Origin: Macrostomum hystrix
Taxonomy: Eukaryota; Animalia; Platyhelminthes
NCBI GenBank assembly: GCA_950097015.1
Contig: CATNEN010000039.1
Coordinates: forward strand, 16,120,001-16,184,000
Direction: 5' to 3'
DNA length: 64,000 nt
Position 1 is the first letter of the stretch; every line of letters begins with the position of its first letter. The translations under genes and the position numbers were made by a program. This document shows, piece after piece, positions 1 through 9,441 of this stretch. The notes under the pieces are model-generated. The model saw only the letters and a program-made list of their open reading frames with translations, was not told the origin of the DNA and made no database searches.

Positions 1-259
1 GCACTTTTGAGCAGGAAGGAAATGATTTTTCGGGAATTTGAGTAGCCTATTGCACTCAGCGTAGGTGGTTTTAGGTATGTGCAAAGTTTGGTGCGATTTG
101 GTTGAGCGGTTTCGGCGTCTATAAAGACAAAAGGTTGCACACACACAGACAGACAGAGTTTTCACTTTTATATATATAGACTATAAAGACAAAAGGTTGC
201 ACACACACAGACAGACAGAGTTTTCACTTTTATATACGAATATGTTACTCGTATATAGA
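1..259 (-). mobile_element. Helitron 5' end (continues off the left edge)
   Basis: Reverse complement of the Helitron start at 11770-11950. It begins TC at 259-258, preceded by A on the minus strand. The empty site in the other copies (tatatat-aagaccc, 36034-36047) shows insertion at A|T. There is a ~55 bp internal duplication (121-180 / 182-236). Confidence 0.8.
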
Positions 260-1132
260 TAAGACCCAACTGCTTGGAAAGAAACGGGGTTTTAATGAAT
301 CGATGCTAAAAAGTAACGAGTTTCTTAAACACTAACGGTAAGGTATCGGAAACGGAACTAATAGTGAAATAAAAAACACATATAAAAACTTCAAAAGCAA
401 AAAAAGTAACGGAATCTTAGAACACTAACGCTGAGAAATTAACTAAGGCTTCCCAGGGAATAAAAAAACAGAAAGTCTTTTGGAAAGCAGAATGGACCAA
501 CGCGTGAAGCGTTAAATTAATTTATTTGTCAACCTATTTGGAATTTATAAAAAAGTTAAAATCAAGAAGTTTAAAATGACGAGTAAAACAACAAAGAAAA
601 ACAGCGCGAATTAAAATATGTAACGGTAGCACTCGATTTTTGTTAATATTTGGCCTAGTTTTATTGATGAAAACGACAGGCAGATTGCAAAAGTTAATAG
701 ATACTTTGATTTGTTCATCAAAGCTACCGTCGTTCAAAACAGAAATCAATAAGCAAACAGGTTGAGGTCTCGCATAGATAAAAATTCACTGTGTCATGTT
801 CTGTTTTACTAGACACAAAAACACATGAAATGAACGATTAACCTGCACTATATGGTTAAGAGATCGAAAGAATTTGAAACTAGAATATGATACTACTATC
901 AAGTTCAATTAGCGACATGTGACAACAGTAAATATACATGCAATGAGCTACAAATCAGTGCATATATTGCGTGAAATGATAAAAGTTTAAATATATATGT
1001 TTAACAAATAGTTTGATTGATTGATTGATTAATTGATTAGTTGATACATGGATAAAAATCATCAGTTGTGAAAAACTACAATCAATTAAAACAGACTAGT
1101 ACTTTAACTTGTAAACAATAGGCAGAAATAAT

Positions 1133-2389
1133 CGTAGGGCTTCTGCAGCGGAGCTCGGTGACCATCCCGCCGCACGAAAACGTAGGTGCAGGCGTCGAGG
1201 GCCGCCGGCCAAGCGGTGCGGTGACTGCCGTGATGCGCTGTCGGCGTCGGCCGGAAGGCTTGCACGGCGCTGCGGAGCTGTCCCAGGAACTGGCTGGGCC
1301 GGCGGGCTGGCTGGGCTGCAGGCATTCGCCGGGCACGCAGAGGGGCGCGCCGTAGACCAGCTCGGCCGACGATGCTGGCAGGTCCTCCTTGGGGGCCGTC
1401 CGGATGCCGAGCAACCCCCACGGTAGCTCGCTGACCCAGGCCGGCCCTGCCAGCCTCGCCATGAGGGCGGCCTTCAGCTGCCGGTGGAACCGCTCTACCA
1501 GCCCGTTCGCCTGCGGATGGAAAGCCGTGGTCCGGTGCAGCTGCATGCCGAGGAGCTGGGAGACGTTGGACAACAGCTGCGAGGTGAACTGGGGACCGCG
1601 GTCCGAGGTGATGTCGCTCGGCACGCCAAACCGGGCGATCCAATGAGCGATGAAGGCGGCGGCGCAGGCGGCGGCGGACGTATCGGTCATCGGGATCGCC
1701 TCCGGCCAGCGGGTGAAGCGGTCCACGATGGTCAGCAGGTGCGTGAAACCCTGCGACAGCGCTAGCGGCCCCACTAGGTCGACGTGCACGTATGCGAAGC
1801 GCTGGTCTGGCACGCGAATGTTGTCCACCGGGGCGGCGACGTGGCGGTGCACCTTGGCCGTCTGGCAGGCGACGCAGGCGCGGGCCCACCTGCTGACGTC
1901 CCGGTTCATGCCGACCCACACGAACTTGGCGGCCACGAGGCGCCGCGTGCTGCGAACCGACGGGTGCGCGAGGCCGTGGATGGCGTCGAAAACGGCGCGG
2001 CGGAAGTCTGGCGGCACCAGCGGCCGCGGCCGGCCGGTCGAGATGTCGCAGAGCAGGGCGACACCGGGGCTGAGCTGCAGGGGCTCGAGCTGGAGGCTGG
2101 CATCGGCCAGGACGGCCGGGTCCGCTGCCTGCGCTTGCACCATCGCCGCGAAGTCCACGCCGGGGAGCAGCCGGGGCCGCACCGAGGAGACCGTGCAGCG
2201 GGACAGCGGCTGAAGAAAGCGAGCGGCTGCCAGGCGCCTCCGACCCGCTGCTCGAGCGCCGCGCCGACCGCGGTGTCCGAGGCGTCGACGGTGAGGGCGA
2301 TGGGCGCGTCCGGCCGCGGGTGCGCCAGCATGGTGGCGGCCGCCAGCGCCCGCTTAGCTCCGTCGAAAGCGTCGGTCAGCTCGGGCGTC
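1133..2389 (-). mobile_element. Ty3/Gypsy pol fragment (start of RNase H plus integrase), internally deleted, no LTRs
   Basis: RNase H start LTVDASDTAVGAALEQ..WQPLAFFSR. Integrase motifs: HHCC (HGLAHP..CVAC), VHVDLVGPL, ITSDRGPQF, HPQANGLVERFHR. Confidence 0.92.
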
Positions 2390-2579
2390 AATGCGCCAAT
2401 GCGTTCGCGAACAATCACTAGCAGCTGGCGAATCAGGCTGGCATCAAAGACGGCGCCGTCCTTCAGTGTGACGAACGCGTAGGCGCTTTCGCCCTGCGGT
2501 GAATTGGTGTTTAGAAAACTAATGCAATCAGCATATTGTAGAAAGATCCTCAGAGTGGGATCTGAAACTTCACAGATCT
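2390..2579 (-). pseudogene. Acetyl-CoA synthetase remnant (5' part of last exon plus intron end)
   Basis: Matches 62406-62595 of the intact gene. The acceptor AG is retained and the exon starts at 2493. Confidence 0.9.
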
Positions 2580-2639
2580 TATTAATAAAATCTGTTTAAT
2601 AATCAAAATTCATCACTTTAATCAATGCTACTGAAAGTA

Positions 2640-2975
2640 GAATAGGCCTTCCTAGCTTTGACGCGGATGTGAGGCGTTCAGTTGACCCTGCGGTAGAGGA
2701 TAATCCGAAGGCATCGGACCTGCTTCTCCATGGCAATCTCCTTGCCATCGAGGGTGATTGGCATCGGACCTGCTTCTCCATGGCGATCTCCTTGCCATAT
2801 AGGTTCCAAAAGAGCTTGCTGGTAAGCATAACCGCTCCGATTATAGACTCCGAGAGCCTCAGCCCGCTTTGGTCCGCTCAGCGCTCCGATTTGTCGATGA
2901 AGCCCCGCAGAATGTTCTGGTGGTGTCCGGCAAATCACGGTCAAATCATCAGCGTAGCCCACTTTTTGGAAAGGA
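2640..2975 (-). mobile_element. Non-LTR retrotransposon RT fragment (YADD), degenerate
   Basis: GYADDLTVI and ITLDGKEIAMEKQVRCLRIILYRRVN (RT domains 5-7-like). Contains a 50-bp tandem unit in ~1.8 copies. Confidence 0.7.
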
Positions 2976-3000
2976 TCTGGCTGAGCAACGTTGAGCAGCT

Positions 3001-4799
3001 CTTGACTTACTTGACTTATCTGCAGGGCGGTCCGATGGACACAGCGGGGAGGAGGGGGTCGCCCATTCCGCTAATCATTGAAAGACCCGCAATCGGCCGA
3101 TGGCGCGGGGCCAGTCAGGGAGGTCCGTGGCCGGTCCTTCCTGCAGCTTGCTCTTCACTAGGGAAGAAAGATGCTCGTCTGGTAGCCCTTAGGAACCGGA
3201 CGAGCCGCGGGATGTTCTCGGATCTGCAAGCGTCGTCGATGGATGGGTTTGGTCCGAGGTCATTAAGCCTCTCTCTGGTGAAGAAAGGGCAGTGACAGAC
3301 GAAGTGCAGGGCATCCTCGTTCTAAAGGTTGCAGAACGGGCACAGCTCACCCCGGAGGTCTCCTCGGAGGAAACAGTGCCTGGCGTAGCAGCCATGGCCC
3401 GTGAGGGTCATGGTGAGGGCCCGGATGTCCTTCCGGGTCTGGTTTAGAAGGACCTTCCGGAGCCGAGTGGATGGCACTGAGACTGCCGCTTTGGATTGGC
3501 GGCAAGTAAGTGCTTCTCCACCGGGTAAGATGGAGGTTGGCGGCCGAGTCATTAGACGATAGATGACGGTGTTCGGAATTGGAACCGGGGGGAGGGGCCC
3601 GGCGCAGAGCTGGCGCCTCCCTGCTTGGCCAGGGAGTCAGCAAGCTCGTTTCCAGGAAAACCGGCATGCCCTGGTATCCACTGGAGTCTGACGGTATTCT
3701 TACCGGCCAGGTTGTTAAGCTGCCGGACACAGTCAGAGACTGTCCGGGAGGTTGTGGTGGTGTGACAGAGCGCTTGCAGAGCAGCCTGACTGTCCGAGTG
3801 AAAGATGATAAAGATGATGAGATGTTTTTCTCGTTTAACTCCGCAGCGCAGGAGCTGATGGCCAGGACCTCGTTCTGGAAAACGCTCGAGGAATTTCCAG
3901 TGTGTTGGGCGTGTGTGGCGACAACACGTCCGTTGACTAGGATACAGACCCCGAAGCCAGCGGAGCCATCCTTCATGGATCCGTCCGTGTAGCAGTGGAC
4001 CTCCTGGGTGTTCCAGTGGTCGCTAGCTTGGTCCCTGGTGGGGATGAGAACCTTAAAGCACTGAAGGAGGTTGAGCGTGCGCGGTTCTCCGTCCGTGAGG
4101 ACATTGATTTCGTTGCTCGCGCCCAAATCTCTCAGGCAAAGGTCCGTGTGCGGCAGGAGCTTTCGTTTTGCTGCCGCTCGTTGGGGGACGAAGTGCACTC
4201 CGGCATCAAGGAGACGCCGGGCGGTTTTTGCCGCCTCACCGCGGATAAAAATATCAAGCTAAAAATATCAAGCGGGAGGATATTCAGGAAGGCGCTGAGG
4301 CCGTCGAAGGGGGCGGTTGGCGCGGCGCTCATGATCATGCGACAAGCGCGACCTTGCACTCTCCGAAGAGTCTCAAGGCAGGTCTTTAGCTGCCGTTCAC
4401 TAGCCCAGATCAGTCTGGCGTACGAAACAGCCGGTCTGACCATAGCAGTGTGGATCCACCATAGACGTTTGGGGGTGAGACCCCAAGTGTTGCCACCGCC
4501 CTGCGCAGCTGCGCCAGGATCGCAAAGGCCTTTTTGGCTTTAGCGTAGACATGAGGAGTCCAGCTGAGCCTGTGATCGAGCGTTATGCTCAAGCATTTAG
4601 TTTGCTTCTGGAAGGTGATGTCCTTTGTGCAGCGTTGAGCAGCTCATCCATAACGAGGTTCCACAGAAACGGGGGGGAGGACTCCGCGCTGGGGGGCCCC
4701 TTTCCTGACGCAGAGCGTCGGCAGCCGTTCAGGTGGGCCACCCAGGCCTCTCTCCACGGCGCCGACACGTAGCCCGGCACCACGCAGGCGCGCAGGAGT
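3001..4799 (-). mobile_element. 5'-truncated, frameshifted LINE with RNase H and C-terminal Zn finger (LOA/R1/I-group-like)
   Basis: Motifs PFLWNLVMDELL, ITLDHRLSWTPHV, MVRPAVSYA..IW, YTDGS..AGFGV..SVFQNEVLAI and LTGHG..CPFC. Possible short-repeat tail at ~3001-3018. Confidence 0.85.
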
Positions 4800-5203
4800 T
4801 GACAGAAGAGGTCAAGGAATCATCTTACACGTACTATGTGCATGCATATGGTGTTGTTAGGTGCTAGGTGGATAGATGCTAGGGAACTAGTTTACTAGGT
4901 AGTGTCAACATTTTAGGAAAGTAACCTCCATAAACAAGGCAATTTCGTGGAAAAGCCGGAAAGAAACACTATTTCTTAATTTTATGTTAAAACTTCTATT
5001 ACAAATAATTGACCTGTTTGCAAATATGTCATAAAAGTGCACTGTGCAGAATGCGGTTCATTGATCGATGTTTTTCTTATGTACCTTATGTACCTTCTGC
5101 CCTATGTACGCAGAACAATAATCAACAATAATGAAACAATAATGAACATTGACTATGGTCATTGGTTTTGGTTTTTCCAATGTCCTTGGGGGGGAGGGGG
5201 GAG

Positions 5204-5790
5204 GACACCCAATACTGTTAGACACCCAACACTGTTAGACACCCAATGCTGTTAGACACCCAATACTGTTAGACACCCAATACTGTTAGACACCCAATAC
5301 TGTTAGACACCCAATACTGTTAGACACCCAATACTGTTAGACACCCAATACTGTTAGACACCCAATACTGTTAGACACCCAATACTGTTAGACACCCAAT
5401 ACTGTTAGACACCCAATACTGTTAGACACCCAATACTGTTAGACACCCAATACTGTTAGACACCCAATACTGTTAGACACCCAATACTGTTAGACACCCA
5501 ATACTGTTAGACACCCAATACTGTTAGACACCCAATACTGTTAGACACCCAATACTGTTAGACACCCAATACTGTTAGACACCCAATACTGTTAGACACC
5601 CAATACTGTTAGACACCCAATACTGTTAGACACCCAATACTGTTAGACACCCAATACTGTTAGACACCCAATACTGTTAGACACCCAATACTGTTAGACA
5701 CCCAATACTGTTAGACACCCAATACTGTTAGACACCCAATACTGTTAGACACCCAATACTGTTAGACACCCAATACTGTTAGACACCCAA
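5204..5790. repeat. 17-bp minisatellite (GACACCCAATACTGTTA)n, ~34 copies
   Basis: Direct reading. Confidence 0.98.
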
Positions 5791-6640
5791 GACTTTTCTT
5801 TGTGCCTCTTCAGTCTTGTCAGTGGTTGCTTCCGCAGCATCGTTTTGCAAAGTGGTGGTAAGAACAGTGTGTAGACAATCCCATGAGCATAACTCATTGT
5901 GAAGCCCCACCCAGACACTTTAAAATCCTGTCCCTCCGCTCTCTATTATTATTCGGGTTGATAGGAACTTAAAAGTGCTTTTTCAATCACGATTCGGAAT
6001 GTGCGATTCAGGATCTGCGATTTGGGATCTGAGATCTGTCGAATGAGATATAGGATCTCGGATGTAGGATCAGCTGTATCCCATATTGGATGTATTTCTG
6101 GGATATGGGATCTGTGGCATAGGATGCGGGATCTGAGGTGCGGAGGAATCTGAGAAAGAACGATTTGATGTGACTGAAGAAAAGTCACTAGCTTTCGTTA
6201 ACCTGGCTCTGTCTAAAAAGTCTGTCAAATATGGGCCCATGGGAAGCAATCATTCGATGCTTGTAAAGTGCAATACTTCTTTGTTAGAGAGAAACTCCAA
6301 CAAGCTAGAGAGATTTCTAATAGTACAACACTAAAGTTAATCTCAGAATAGTCGTGCATGAAAAAGCAAAGTAGAGCTGAAATTTGCCATAGACAAAAGG
6401 CGGGCACCCTGTGTCAGCCAGCGCTGCCATAGACCGAGCCGGCTCGCACCTGTATTTTCTGCAGCATATTGAAGGGGCAGCGGCCCGAAACGAAGAATCA
6501 AATCCAACAACTGACAACACTCGACTAAGCATTCTGGCCGATTCTACTCAGCCGTTGCAAACCTGATCAGCAATTCAACTGCCACCTGCCAGCTAATCGA
6601 CCAAATCTAACTGGGCTATTCGGAATCGAAGCTGGCAATC

Positions 6641-7371
6641 ATGACGACTATGAAGCTGGTTATTGTTTGCGTGTATCTTGCACTTGGAGGCATCCAGCTG
6701 GCTGATTGTATTAAATGTACCTGGTCGAGGAATGATAAAGTATTTTTTTATGAATATAAGAATGACGATACTGATACAGATTGTGCTCCTGCCAACGTCA
6801 CCAAGTGTTACGTGGAATATCAACCTAATGAAAAAAGGAAACAAGTGGTGAGCGACCGAATGAATTAAACTAATTAAATTAGCATATCAATTCGAAATCA
6901 TAAAGCAACAGTTTGCCCTATAAATTTTGCCCTATGCGGAAAATTTTTTAGCTACTGAAATATGGTTGCGGCGCCTGTCCGGCTACAAAATATTGCAAAG
7001 ACTGCACGGGTGATAAATGCAATAAAGCGAGTGTATTTAACTTGACCAATGATCTAGAACGTGATCTGGTACCATGCCTTGACTACTATAAATTGCTGCC
7101 GAATGGCAATGACCCTCAACTCGAAGTAGTGATAGGTCCCTATGAAACTTTTTGCCCTCCATCAGAAAAGTGCTTTAAAATGGTTGCTAAAAGTTCTGTA
7201 CCTAAATGGCATTTAAAAACCGCCATCGGCTGTGAAAAATCGCTTGAATCTTTAATGACTTATGTAAAAAAACTTTCAAAAGAACTTTCTAAGCATGAAC
7301 GCTACGAATGCAAACCAAACGCAGAAAAATCTGATTGCGTCACAGTTATTAGTGAAATTAGTCTCAACTAA
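6641..7371 (+). CDS. Secreted Cys-rich two-domain protein (three-finger/Ly6-uPAR-like), ~208 aa, paralog A
   Basis: Exon 1 6641-6847, phase-0 GT-AG intron 6848-6951, exon 2 6952-7371. Hydrophobic signal peptide. Domain 1 ends YGCGAC..YCKDCTGDKCN and domain 2 has 6 Cys. NVT and NLT sequons present. The fold is inferred from the Cys pattern only. Confidence 0.8.
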
Positions 7372-7829
7372 GCTGATTCTGCAAAATCTCTCTTATTACG
7401 CTTGCTGTTTTTTTTCTATGCCAGCTTATTTCACTTGTCTCGCTAGAAAATTAATGAGGTCTTAAAAAGCTCGCTGCTTATTTAATGTTTAACTTAACAG
7501 ACTCCTTCAGCTTTGCTACACTCTAATATTTCTAACACTAACAGATTATTCAAATGCACAAAGCCAGACACAATAGCTAATCGACGATTTTTTTTACGCA
7601 AACCATCCCGTATTAATTTTTCAGCGCAACTAATGTTTTCTGCATGCGTTTTAACTTCAATAGAGCTATTTTTTAGTTGCACAGAGTATAACAATAAAAT
7701 AGAATGAAAAATCATTTTTGGTTTTAGTAAATTTCACTAGCAAGTTTTGCCCCTATTCAGGGAGCAGAAAAGTTTTTAATTCGTCTAGTATATACTTTTT
7801 AGCAGCTGTATTTTCAGTTTTTTAAGCTA

Positions 7830-8980
7830 TAATGATCCCCCAGTTGACAATGATCCCCCAGTTGACAATGATCCCCCAGTTGACCATGAACCCCCAGTTG
7901 ACAATGATCCCCCAGTTGATGATGATCTAACCCAGTTGACAATGATCCCCCAGTTGACAATGATCCCCCAGTTGACAATGATCCCCCAGTTGATGATGAT
8001 CCCCCAGTTGATGATGATCCCCCAGTTGATGATGACCCACATTTATGATGATCCCCAGTTGACAATGATCCCCTAGTTGGCCATGAACCCCCAGTTGACA
8101 ATGATCCCCCAGTTGACAATGATCCCCCAGTTGACAATGATCCCCCAGTTGACAATGATCCCCCAGTTGACCATGAACCCCCAGTTGACAATGATCCCCC
8201 AGTTGATGATGATCTAACCCAGTTGACAATGATCCCCCAGTTGACAATGATCCCCCAGTTGACAATGATCCCCCAGTTGATGATGATCCCCCAGTTGATG
8301 ATGATCCCCCAGTTGATGATGACCCACATTTATGATGATCCCCAGTTGACAATGATCCCCTAGTTGACCATGAACCCCCAGTTGACAATGATCCCCCAGT
8401 TGACAATGATCCCCCAGTTGACAATGATCCCCCAGTTGACAATGATCCCCCAGTTGACCATGAACCCCCAGTTGACAATGATCCCCCAGTTGATGATGAT
8501 CTAACCCAGTTGACAATGATCCCCCAGTTGACAATGATCCCCCAGTTGACAATGATCCCCCAGTTGATGATGATCCCCCAGTTGATGATGGTCCCCCAGT
8601 TGATGATGACCCACATTTATGATGATGACCCACATTTATGATGATCCCCAGTTGACAATGATCCCCTAGTTGACCATGAACCCCCAGTTGACAATGATCC
8701 CCCAGTTGACAATGATCCCCCAGTTGACAATGATCCCCCAGTTGACAATGATCCCCCAGTTGACAATGATCCCCCAGTTGATGATGATCTAACCCAGTTG
8801 ACAATGATCCCCCAGTTGACAATGATCCCCCAGTTGACAATGATCCCCCAGTTGATGATGATCCCCCAGTTGATGATGATCCCCCAGTTGATGATGACCC
8901 ACATTTATGATGATCCCCCAGTTGATGATGATCCCCCAGTTGATGATGACCCACATTTATGATGATCCCCAGTTGACAAT
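7830..8980. repeat. 18-bp minisatellite (AATGATCCCCCAGTTGAC)n with ~287-bp higher-order period
   Basis: The variant GATCTAACCCAG recurs near 7925, 8212, 8499 and 8787. Confidence 0.95.
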
Positions 8981-9153
8981 GTTCTCCAGCTGCTTTTGTA
9001 TAAAATTGAGAAGAAAAAATTAATTTAATGAATATTAGGCAAAATTATTATCATGCAAACATATATCATTATGACGTTATAAGATAACAAAATCAAAATG
9101 TAGAGAATTCAGATCAATGACACAAGAAAAATAGATTTAAATTCTGGTTTTGC

Positions 9154-9441
9154 AATGATTGAAACTCGGGTTTAGCCATGATTGAAACTCGGGTTTTGCC
9201 ATGATTCACACTCTGGTTTAGACATGATTGAAACTCTGGTTTAGCCATGATTGAAACTCGGGTTTTGCCATGATTCACACTCGGGTTTAGCCATGATTGA
9301 AACTCGGGTTTAGCCATGATTCACACTCGGGTTTAGCCATGATTGAAACTCGGGTTTAGCCATGATTCAAACTCTGGTTTAGCCATGATTCAAACTCCGG
9401 TTTAGCCATGATTCAGACTCGGGTTTAGCCATGATTTAGCC
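9154..9441. repeat. 23-bp minisatellite (GCCATGATTSAAACTCGGGTTTA)n, ~12 copies
   Basis: Direct reading. Confidence 0.95.

Noticed and set aside
1158-4772. Numerous plus-strand ORFs over the Gypsy and LINE pieces (repeated in each copy)
   Set aside because: Antisense shadows of GC-rich coding remnants with no recognisable motifs.
5204-5790. Regular short repeats as possible CRISPR arrays or telomeric repeats
   Set aside because: Head-to-tail units with no unique spacers, no cas genes, and a eukaryotic context.
7814-8954. Repetitive ORFs (STGGSL / QLGDHC / NWGIIV)n; also 44662-45062 and 29907-30257
   Set aside because: Translation artefacts of minisatellites, with frames not conserved between copies.
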